A stretch of DNA of 56,248 bases from a virus (Duplodnaviria; Caudoviricetes). The notes beneath the pieces were generated by a model, which saw only the letters and a program-made list of their open reading frames with translations, ran no database searches and was not told where the DNA came from. A program made the position numbers and the translations under genes. Location: positions 1-56,248 of IMG/VR virus record IMGVR_UViG_3300027917_000053; one strand, 5' to 3'. Shown piece by piece: positions 47,962-56,248 of the stretch (positions are counted from its first letter, which is position 1; the number at the start of each line of letters is the position of its first letter).

Positions 47962-48822
47962 CTATACCAAGAAATAATCAGGACTAAGTCCGCCAGGAAC
48001 TCCTTTTGAAAGAATACAAACCGCTTCATGTGTATGGATAGACTCAAAGTGTTCACATTTAAGAAGCCAATCACAAATCCTATCATTTCTATCCAATTTG
48101 TCAGCTATTTCTCTAGCTGCATCTTCTACAAACATTGGATATTTAGCCGCCCGGATTGCTAAGAATTGCTCATCCTTTCGTTTAATAATAGGATATGGAA
48201 TATTTACAACAGCTTTCTCTACATCCCATATTACATTCTCTAACCATACATTTCTTGGAGGAATAGTTTGAACAGTTACGGTTGCTAAACTTCTTTGAGC
48301 ATGAGGAAATCCTTTTACATTGTCATTCTTTAAAGCATATTCACTTAATTCTGCTGAACATGGACAATAAGAAGCATAAGGAACTTTTACTATTTGAAAA
48401 AAGTGATATCCGAAAGAACCGAGTCTTCCCTCAAAAGTACAATTATAAAACTCAGGAAATTTTTGCCAGGTTTCTGGGGATTCTTTTACTATTGAGATAT
48501 CAAAATTAAATTTAGCATAAGCACAATTACATATAATTCCAATATCTTTTATTACTGCTTCTAACATTTCTTTTATTGAATTATTATTTAAATTAGTATG
48601 TCTCCATCGATCCAGACATCTCACAAATCTTGACATACTTACACCTTTTACATCTTTTTCTAAATCAGTAAAAATATCTACTTTTGCTTTAACTTCATAT
48701 GCATCTTTGCCATTTACTCCTGACTGAATACTTAATGGAACGGAAACATTCTGAACACCTACTCTATGTAAATGTCTTGGACAATTGGGCCTCATATCTT
48801 GTTGGACATCTGGGAGATTCAA
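47962..48822 (-). CDS. folE2: GTP cyclohydrolase IB (FolE2)
   Basis: LPDVQ, KGVSMSRF, YCPCS, HAQRS, PMFVEDAAR, FESIH.HEA. Confidence 0.92.
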   Translation of the reverse strand: MNLPDVQQDMRPNCPRHLHRVGVQNVSVPLSIQSGVNGKDAYEVKAKVDIFTDLEKDVKGVSMSRFVRCLDRWRHTNLNNNSIKEMLEAVIKDIGIICNCAYAKFNFDISIVKESPETWQKFPEFYNCTFEGRLGSFGYHFFQIVKVPYASYCPCSAELSEYALKNDNVKGFPHAQRSLATVTVQTIPPRNVWLENVIWDVEKAVVNIPYPIIKRKDEQFLAIRAAKYPMFVEDAAREIADKLDRNDRICDWLLKCEHFESIHTHEAVCILSKGVPGGLSPDYFLV

Positions 48823-49151
48823 TTACTTCCACCTCCTTTCTTTTTAGAAACCTTATTGCTAAATAAAGGAGGTCTTTCTAGTCCAACAAATAATGTCTTA
48901 CCTGTAGCAGTTTCTAACATTTTGATAAAGTTAGGAAATTTAAGTACTATAGCACTGGGTTTTTGCTTAAAATATACTTCTAGGGATTGTTCTATATCTT
49001 TTGTGTCCATTCGAGACATAGCAGACCTTACTAAATCATATATATCCTTAACTATCTCAGTTTTCAAAACATGGGGACTTCCCGAGATTGCCATAAGGAA
49101 TGGATAACATTCAGTTAATGGTATTTCTAAAGTCAATTCATCGTTTTCCAA
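48819..49151 (-). CDS. Hypothetical protein
   Basis: TTG start with SD aaggag; overlaps both the RNAP beta and folE2 genes. Confidence 0.6.
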   Translation of the reverse strand: MENDELTLEIPLTECYPFLMAISGSPHVLKTEIVKDIYDLVRSAMSRMDTKDIEQSLEVYFKQKPSAIVLKFPNFIKMLETATGKTLFVGLERPPLFSNKVSKKKGGGSN

Positions 49152-52100
49152 CGTTTGATCTCCTTACTCCTATCTGGGTAAAATAGGCATCCATGAGTTT
49201 AACAGATTCTGCTTTCTCACAAAAATCCTCTTCTTTTGTGAGATAAGATAACTTTTCACTAGTTATAATTTCGTTGATATGTTTATTTTTCCTATCAATA
49301 CAGTCGCTTTTAGTAGTAGCAAATTCATCTAAATTCTTTTCACCTTCCATTGCTATAATCGCCTGGTTTTCCATTTCTCCTAATCTTTGACCACCTTTTG
49401 ACTTTTTCCCTGAAAGTGGTTGCAATGTTCTTCTATTATATAATCCTATTCCTCTAGCAGATATTTTTTCTTCTGCTATATGGATCATTTTAAAGAAGTA
49501 ATTATAACCAACTGCTATTTCATTTTGAAAGTGAATATTCCCAACTGGATCAAAGGTGGGAAAAGAATACTCAGTATTAGTATACTTTAAGGCTTCTTTT
49601 AATGCTTCTTCGTTACATGATTTAAATGGTGCTTGAATTATTGTCAAATCCAGTATGAATTGTTTGTCTACAATAATAGGATCAATAATTTCAACCATTT
49701 GCTTGTAATACCATCTATCATCTGTTTGGTCAATAATTTTAATATAATCCAGTAAATATTTCTTCATGTTTTCCTGAGTCTCGCCATTAGAAAGAAGATC
49801 AAGCATAGTCTTTTTCAAATCATGTAGAGACATGGATAGATGTAATTCAAATAACTGACCAATATTCATTCTAGAGATAACACCCATTGGATTCATTATT
49901 ATATCAACTCGTCTTCCATCAGGTAAATAAGGCATTCTCTCTTCAGGTATTATTCGTGATATTACTCCTTTATTTCCATGTCTATTCCCTACTTTATCTC
50001 CCACTCTAATTGGTCGTAAATAATAACCTGCCATTTCTACATAGATTCCCGGAAACTCTTCACCTTTAATCTTATATTTACTAGTAGTAAACTTATTTAA
50101 ATTATACGACTTTATGATTTTGAATGCTTCTTTTTTTCCTAGAAGGTCTATAAAAAAGTTCTGTAATTTTACTTCTTCGTCTTTTTGCTTAGCTACTTCT
50201 TCTTCTACCCATTCCCTGTATTCTGGGATATCAGTAAAATAACCATTAACATAAAGACTTCTTTCAAAAACTGTAGTTGTTTTATGAACTATTAATTCAC
50301 TAACATCTTCAAATATCTTATAACCCTCCATACTTGATAAATCTTTCATTTTTGCATATGGATGACCAATTTTTATGGATTCATATAAGTCGGGTAGGAA
50401 TTTTAATGGTTCCCCATACTTATTTAATGAAAGTAAAACCTTATCTGGAGGAATCATAAATGACATATCGTTATAATGAACTGAAGTAAAAACTCCTTCT
50501 TTTACTAATCTTTCTGATATTACTATTCCGTCTTCATAATTAAAACCATAATAAGTAATAAAAGCAGTTAAAAGATTCTTTCCAAATCTTGTGGCACCAT
50601 TTTTCATATACTGACTTTCTGCTAGAATATCTCCCTTTTTAAATGAATCTCCTATTTTTACATAAACTCTCATAATATCAATGTTGTCAGTATAAGTATT
50701 TCTGGGACCAATCCAAAATACTTTAACCTCTTTATTAGTAGAGTATTGAACTATTAAAATTTTACCATTACAAAATAATACATCTCCATCATGCTCAGCA
50801 ACACAACAAAAAGAAGTATATCTACTATAAAGATGTTCGCATCCTGATTGAACATATGGTTCATCAAATTTTTGGAGCATAATGGCTTGCCTCATTTGAC
50901 TAGCCGCCATTTGTAATCTGGTTTGATCGTCATGCTCTAAAAATGGAATCATTGAGATTGCTACTGAAGTTGGAGATTCTATAATTCTTTCTTTAGTAAA
51001 TTTAAAATTCTCATCTAGCTTTGAATTTACTAAAAGTGATTGTTGAACTCCACAATTTTCTCTATCGGGTGTGTCTACTGGGCAAATTCTTCCAAACATA
51101 CTTTCTGAGATATCTCTCAGATATGCTGGGACATTTTCCTTATTAAATCCTCCGGGGCCTACAAGTGTACATCTGGAAAGTTTAGTTAACTCTTCTATTG
51201 GATTAATGGCGAAATCAAATTGAACTATGTCAGAAACATTACAATTATTAACAATTTGAGCAGAGTTAACATTAAATTTGGGTTTGGTCATTCGTAAGTT
51301 CGTAACACATAAATCATAAATTACCTTTGCTATTCTGGATGTAACTATGTATTCAAAACATCTTATTCTTTTATTTATCAAGTCAGTATCATCTAACCTT
51401 TTAGACCTTATAGCCTTTCCGATTTCCAATACTACGTCAGTACTACCTAAAAGTCTGGCTGACATAATATCACATTTAAGTAAGATTTTCAAAGCATATA
51501 TTGCTGTTTCTCCCTTACTCTTTTGAAAACTCTCAGAGAAAGGTTTTCCTACAATTCTTACATACTCCTCTTGAGTCAGACCTCTATTCATATTTGCGGT
51601 TAAATCAAGTGACCATTTATAAGGTCTTCCTGCTGGAAAACTAAATTCCAATTCTTCTTTAAATATCTCTTCTATTTCTTGTTTAGTATAGTAAGCAAAA
51701 ACTATGTCAGCTAAATTAAATGATTTCCCCATAAAGAACATATGCATATATGGAGAATTATCATTTTCTCTTATAGAAATAGAAGAAATAGAAGTTCTTA
51801 TCTTTATCATCTTTCGGTAAATTAAAGGAATATCAAATAATTGAAATAAAGGAACTTTTCTTTTTCCATTGATAAAGATATAATTATCGTTAATTAACTG
51901 AGGGATAGCCATACTTAAGTCTATTAGTTTTCCATTCTTCTCCAATCGAATTATGAATAAATGTTTTAAAGTATAAGCCAATTCCGATGCAACACTTTTA
52001 CTTTCTTTTATGCCAAATTCTTTAATCTCAAATCCTGCCTCTTCCGCTACCTCTAAAATCTTTCTCGCATCAGTTTCTAGTCTTTCATAATCCTTTTTCC

Positions 52101-52164
52101 TAATAAGAAAACTATTACATTCTAAATCAGGTTTGTAATAAGGATTTATCACTCTTGTCATCAT
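49138..52164 (-). CDS. rpoB: Phage multisubunit RNA polymerase beta-like subunit
   Basis: GRICPVDTPD, IPFLEHDD..R..M...MRQA, GFNYEDGI, GDKVGNRHGNKG, NPMGVISRMNIGQ, GGQRLGEME. Confidence 0.95.
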   Translation of the reverse strand: MMTRVINPYYKPDLECNSFLIRKKDYERLETDARKILEVAEEAGFEIKEFGIKESKSVASELAYTLKHLFIIRLEKNGKLIDLSMAIPQLINDNYIFINGKRKVPLFQLFDIPLIYRKMIKIRTSISSISIRENDNSPYMHMFFMGKSFNLADIVFAYYTKQEIEEIFKEELEFSFPAGRPYKWSLDLTANMNRGLTQEEYVRIVGKPFSESFQKSKGETAIYALKILLKCDIMSARLLGSTDVVLEIGKAIRSKRLDDTDLINKRIRCFEYIVTSRIAKVIYDLCVTNLRMTKPKFNVNSAQIVNNCNVSDIVQFDFAINPIEELTKLSRCTLVGPGGFNKENVPAYLRDISESMFGRICPVDTPDRENCGVQQSLLVNSKLDENFKFTKERIIESPTSVAISMIPFLEHDDQTRLQMAASQMRQAIMLQKFDEPYVQSGCEHLYSRYTSFCCVAEHDGDVLFCNGKILIVQYSTNKEVKVFWIGPRNTYTDNIDIMRVYVKIGDSFKKGDILAESQYMKNGATRFGKNLLTAFITYYGFNYEDGIVISERLVKEGVFTSVHYNDMSFMIPPDKVLLSLNKYGEPLKFLPDLYESIKIGHPYAKMKDLSSMEGYKIFEDVSELIVHKTTTVFERSLYVNGYFTDIPEYREWVEEEVAKQKDEEVKLQNFFIDLLGKKEAFKIIKSYNLNKFTTSKYKIKGEEFPGIYVEMAGYYLRPIRVGDKVGNRHGNKGVISRIIPEERMPYLPDGRRVDIIMNPMGVISRMNIGQLFELHLSMSLHDLKKTMLDLLSNGETQENMKKYLLDYIKIIDQTDDRWYYKQMVEIIDPIIVDKQFILDLTIIQAPFKSCNEEALKEALKYTNTEYSFPTFDPVGNIHFQNEIAVGYNYFFKMIHIAEEKISARGIGLYNRRTLQPLSGKKSKGGQRLGEMENQAIIAMEGEKNLDEFATTKSDCIDRKNKHINEIITSEKLSYLTKEEDFCEKAESVKLMDAYFTQIGVRRSNVGKR

Positions 52165-54871
52165 CGCCTATTCTCTCCCCTCCCATTATTCTGTCAAGAA
52201 CACCAGTATATTTTCCTTCATTAAATAAACCTCTAACCATATGAAACTTAGGTCGGTTAAAAGCAAAACCTAAAATCCAACTTTCCTGAGAAGGAACATT
52301 AAGAACACTTTTAAACTGAGGAGCTTTTCTACTTCTATTTTCGACCAATCTCCATTTCTCATCACCATACCACATTAATTGAGAAACCACACATTCAAAA
52401 TGTACTAAGTGGATTTTTCGATTCATATTGTATAAATCAAATAAGTTTCTAGTTAGGTTTTCACAATTAGTTCCCTCTGGAAATTTGTGGAGGAGACTTG
52501 AAATTTGGCTTAAATCCCCGATGATATCACATTGAATCATTTTTTTCTGCTCTTTTCCCACTTTAGCAACACCGCTTGTATGGAATGTCCTAAGTACTAA
52601 CTGGGTATTACATTCTCCTAAGGATTGAGCAGCTATGATTCCAACGTATTTAGAATTTACATATTTATAAAGATTACCATAACATTTTCTACATAAAGTT
52701 TCTCCCAAGCAATATATTGGACTTCTTATTTTAATTTTCGAACCAATGAGAGATTCGTAATTCTCTGGAGTAATTTCATGAAGTTCTTTATCTTCTCCCA
52801 AATAGTATCGAAACAATAAACATTGAGCAATTCTTTCATTATCAACATCTACTTCTAAATAATCTGTACTTCCGCAATCTTCTTCTTTTCCTAAAGTTAG
52901 ATTGACACAAGTAAATATAAGTTTTCTACTTAAATAACCCGATTCTCCCGTATTTACAGCAACATCCAAAAGCCCTTTTCTACAACCATAAGATGATAAA
53001 AAGAATTCTCTTGGTGTGAGTCCATCAAGAAGAGAATGTTTAATTGGTTCCAAGTGAATATTTCCCCTAAAATCAGAAACAAATCCCCGAGCCATAACTA
53101 CTTGTTTTACTTGATCCCAACTTCCTCTTGCTCCAGAGTCTACTATATAAGAGTAAGTAAATGCTTTTTTCAAGATTTTCTTAATTTTATCATCAGCAAA
53201 ACTTTGAAGCATTTCTACTGGTTTCTTAGAATCTGAGAAAATCTCATTTATTATCTCATTTTTATTTGGAATCATCATTTTGTCCAAAGACATTGTAACT
53301 CCAAATGAAGTAGAGAATTTAAAACCTAATTTTTTAACTTCATCTAATACCCTCCTTATTTCTTCTTCAGAATAATTATTTTTTATTTCAGTTAATATCT
53401 GAATAAGTTCTTTGGATCCAACTTGGTAATCAATAAATCTGAAATCTTTTGGTAAAACAGAATTAAATAAAACTAAACCTTTTGAGTATTCTCCATCATT
53501 ATGTTTTACTAATTCGTCATATCCATTTATTTTCCCCCCAGTTAATAAATATATTCCTAATACTATATCCTGATTTGGTTTGGTAGAAAGACTGGTATCT
53601 GTGGGATTAGAGAGATTTTTTGTTACTAAAAACTTATCAATTATTTCTTGCTTGGTTTCCTTAGTTAAGGGTATGTAAACAGCCATTTGGTCACCATCAA
53701 AATCTGCGTTATAAGGATCACAAATTAATGGATGAATTTTTATAACATGACCGTCAGTTAACTTTATCTTAAACCCTTGAATTCCAAGTCTATGAAGTGT
53801 AGGTTGTCTATTTAGTAAGCAATATTCTCCTTCTATCACTTCTTCACATAAACTATATAAGCATTTATGATTAACTTCAATACATCGATCAATAAAAGTA
53901 ATTGCTTCATTGATTAGTTTAAACCTACTCGCTTCAATTAATTTTCTTGCTATTACTAATTTGTACAGTTCTAATACCATAACATAAGGCAGTTTACACT
54001 CATCTAAATTAAGAGTAGGGTCGGGAACAATAACTGCTCTACCTGAAAAGTCTATTCTTTTTCCTAATATATTTCCCCTTATTAATCCTTTTTTCTTTGC
54101 CAATTTAGCTTGAATATGATCATATAAATTATTAACTTCTTTCTGCAATTGCCTATAGTGATGAAAATATATTTTATTATCCCTCATGATATTAAGTATT
54201 ATTTTTTTAATAAGTTCATTCTTATTAATAATAGAGGTATAAATTCTATTTATTTCATCAGTATTATGGACATTTCTTGTCGCTGATTTTCCAATTGGTC
54301 TTAAATCCGCAGGAAGAACTATTACATTACTACAAGTCATACAATCAATATTATCTAAGACTTTTTTCCATTTAGAAACACTTTGATTCTTAATAGCCAT
54401 TTCTCGAATTACTTCTTTTAGTCCTTCCGTTCTAATATATATTTTAGAACCAGTTGGAACTTCACTTCTATTTTCAGCGATTTTATAACTTTCTGTATTC
54501 TGTCTTTTATAAATTATAGCATTCTCATTTCTCATTACAAAGTCTAAAAGTGATTTAGTATGCTTTCCTCCTACATAACATAATAAATCATAAAAAATGG
54601 GATTAATAACAGGAAGACTTAATTTAATTTTAGCAAACCTTTCTCTTCTAACTCTTGTATCTAATGCTTGAACTTTACAATGTGGACACTCAAATCCCTT
54701 TTGAGACATTCCATATGTTATTCCACATGAGCAAGTAAACTTTTTTATCGGGCCAAAAATCTGCTCAGAAAATAACCCCTCCTTATGGAATTTATTTTTT
54801 TGGAATATCTCATGAGTTGTTATTTCAGGTAGGTTTTCACAAAACAAGTCAATATTGAAAAGTTTTGGCAT
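52127..54871 (-). CDS. rpoC: Phage multisubunit RNA polymerase beta'-like subunit
   Basis: GLFSEQIFGP, Zn finger, LGKRIDFSGRAVI, LNRQPTLHR, catalytic NADFDGDQM, SGYLSRKL, AAQSLGE..TQL.LRTFH. Confidence 0.96.
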   Translation of the reverse strand: MPKLFNIDLFCENLPEITTHEIFQKNKFHKEGLFSEQIFGPIKKFTCSCGITYGMSQKGFECPHCKVQALDTRVRRERFAKIKLSLPVINPIFYDLLCYVGGKHTKSLLDFVMRNENAIIYKRQNTESYKIAENRSEVPTGSKIYIRTEGLKEVIREMAIKNQSVSKWKKVLDNIDCMTCSNVIVLPADLRPIGKSATRNVHNTDEINRIYTSIINKNELIKKIILNIMRDNKIYFHHYRQLQKEVNNLYDHIQAKLAKKKGLIRGNILGKRIDFSGRAVIVPDPTLNLDECKLPYVMVLELYKLVIARKLIEASRFKLINEAITFIDRCIEVNHKCLYSLCEEVIEGEYCLLNRQPTLHRLGIQGFKIKLTDGHVIKIHPLICDPYNADFDGDQMAVYIPLTKETKQEIIDKFLVTKNLSNPTDTSLSTKPNQDIVLGIYLLTGGKINGYDELVKHNDGEYSKGLVLFNSVLPKDFRFIDYQVGSKELIQILTEIKNNYSEEEIRRVLDEVKKLGFKFSTSFGVTMSLDKMMIPNKNEIINEIFSDSKKPVEMLQSFADDKIKKILKKAFTYSYIVDSGARGSWDQVKQVVMARGFVSDFRGNIHLEPIKHSLLDGLTPREFFLSSYGCRKGLLDVAVNTGESGYLSRKLIFTCVNLTLGKEEDCGSTDYLEVDVDNERIAQCLLFRYYLGEDKELHEITPENYESLIGSKIKIRSPIYCLGETLCRKCYGNLYKYVNSKYVGIIAAQSLGECNTQLVLRTFHTSGVAKVGKEQKKMIQCDIIGDLSQISSLLHKFPEGTNCENLTRNLFDLYNMNRKIHLVHFECVVSQLMWYGDEKWRLVENRSRKAPQFKSVLNVPSQESWILGFAFNRPKFHMVRGLFNEGKYTGVLDRIMGGERIGDDDKSDKSLLQT

Positions 54872-54904
54872 TTCTCCTCCTTCCTTATTTATAAATATTA
54901 TATA

Positions 54905-55186
54905 TTATTTCTTTTTTAAACTCAAATGTAGACTTTGATATTGAATTTGTAAATTATTAAAAAATCTCAGTAAATGTTTGCCTCTCTCTGTTATTGGACA
55001 TGACTTTTTCATAGTTTCTGGCATATGTTGATATACTTCTTTTTCTATGCATACTAATAAGAAATCGCATCCAGGATTTTTACATTTACATACTGGAAAA
55101 ATATCTCCATGAAAAGTAATATTCCCCCATTTCAAATTATGCTCTTTTAGTTTTTTTCTTAACATATAATTAGTTATAGGATTCAA
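54905..55186 (-). CDS. Small Zn-finger-like protein (paralog pair)
   Basis: MNPI...KLK.HN..W...C.NPGC.F...CP.T...HL shared with the neighbouring gene. Confidence 0.7.
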   Translation of the reverse strand: MNPITNYMLRKKLKEHNLKWGNITFHGDIFPVCKCKNPGCDFLLVCIEKEVYQHMPETMKKSCPITERGKHLLRFFNNLQIQYQSLHLSLKKK

Positions 55187-55458
55187 TCTTCCTCCTCACC
55201 ATATAGGAAAAGACTATATTCTCTTTTTATTCCTTGAAATACTTCCTGTAGATGTTTACTTTTCTTAGTAAATGGGCAAGTATGGTAATTTATGTAGTCA
55301 TAGACAAAAATTTTCTTATCTAATATAGTAGTAAACTCACAACCTGGATTAATACATCTATACTTTTCTATCATACCAAACCACGTCTTGGGATTTTTCC
55401 AGTCCATATTATGTTTTTTTAATTTTAATGATAAAACCAATCTAACTATGGGATTCAA
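55183..55458 (-). CDS. Small Zn-finger-like protein (paralog pair)
   Basis: Same motif set as 54905-55186. Confidence 0.7.
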   Translation of the reverse strand: MNPIVRLVLSLKLKKHNMDWKNPKTWFGMIEKYRCINPGCEFTTILDKKIFVYDYINYHTCPFTKKSKHLQEVFQGIKREYSLFLYGEEED

Positions 55459-55459
55459 C

Positions 55460-56017
55460 TTACCTTCTTTCTTTCTTAATAAGATTTGGATTATCGGGCT
55501 TATTTTTCATTAATTCAACTATTTCTTCAAACCAAAGTAGCTGATAATTATTATTATCAATACCAATATCATGACTTTTTCCGATTGAGGGGAGACTTCC
55601 ATGACTATGAGCATATAAATGCCAAGAGTTATAATGACTCTTTGGCCACACTCTCATACACCAATGACATAAAACTATATTTTGTTTTTCCCATTTAACC
55701 CGGCAAACCGAATCCATTATATCTATTTTGCTTCTAAACTTGGGGTTTCTTCGTAGAAATTTGATAAGGTCTCGGTCATGGTCACCGGGGATAAGTTTTA
55801 TTTTTCCCTTTAAAGTTGAAAGAAGGTAATGGACAAACCCATCATTATGCTTACAGAATACTAAATCCCCATTAATGTATATAATAGAGTTAGGGTCTGC
55901 TTTCATATTCCATGATGTAATAAGAGTCTCATTCATTTCCTCTTTATCTTTAAATGGTCTTTTGCAATAACCTATCACTTTAGAGTGATTAAAATGGAAG
56001 TCTCCTCCAAATAGCAT
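55460..56017 (-). CDS. Calcineurin-like metallophosphoesterase
   Basis: DFHFNH, GD, GDHD (GNHD-like), LCH, HSH motifs. Confidence 0.88.
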   Translation of the reverse strand: MLFGGDFHFNHSKVIGYCKRPFKDKEEMNETLITSWNMKADPNSIIYINGDLVFCKHNDGFVHYLLSTLKGKIKLIPGDHDRDLIKFLRRNPKFRSKIDIMDSVCRVKWEKQNIVLCHWCMRVWPKSHYNSWHLYAHSHGSLPSIGKSHDIGIDNNNYQLLWFEEIVELMKNKPDNPNLIKKERR

Positions 56018-56248
56018 GTTTTTCTCCTTTTTATAATGGAAAAAGAAAGTCAGAGGTGTACTTTTACGCCAAATGCTCTAAGGGACGTATATAGACATCC
56101 CAAGGGGATCAATTACTATGGTCATCTTTCACCCTGGTCAGCCCCGGAAGGTCCTCTCGTAATGTCCCGGGTATGGTCTACATACCGACTACTAAACGAA
56201 TCCCGAATAACTTTGTCACTCAAAGATAGAACCTCCCCCCTATTGCTA

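Noticed and set aside
49138-54871. Bacterial chromosome rpoBC locus
   Set aside because: Gene order is reversed, the subunits are reduced, no ribosomal-protein genes flank them, and the context is phage structural genes.

Overview
AT-rich segment of a large (jumbo-type) myovirus genome, standard genetic code with strong GGAGG Shine-Dalgarno sites. 1-16 kb (+): tail sheath, tail tube, a tandem run of paralogous 'NEATDY' proteins, and T4-like baseplate genes (gp26/gp51/gp25/gp6-like). 16-24 kb (-): tube-initiator-like, tape-measure-like, HEXXH protease, large terminase and hub-like genes. 36-56 kb (-): PolB-like fragment, RRM protein, radical SAM enzyme, 'TNSSS' paralogs, DUF932, FolE2, a compact two-gene multisubunit RNA polymerase (beta' then beta) and a metallophosphoesterase. 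The outstanding feature is at 25.2-35.5 kb: about 5 kb of non-coding, 36-nt-periodic dual-repeat arrays. On the minus strand each unit is a 9-nt repeat AGTTTAYCA, 9 variable nt, a 9-nt repeat AGWAACCCA and 9 variable nt, with roughly 110-125 units by eye. This matches TIGR (tandem interspaced guide RNA) array architecture. The array is split into blocks by small genes and a tRNA-Glu that often sit flush against the repeats, and no Nop-domain (Tas) effector is recognisable in the window. Protein calls come from motif recognition by eye, not database searches.
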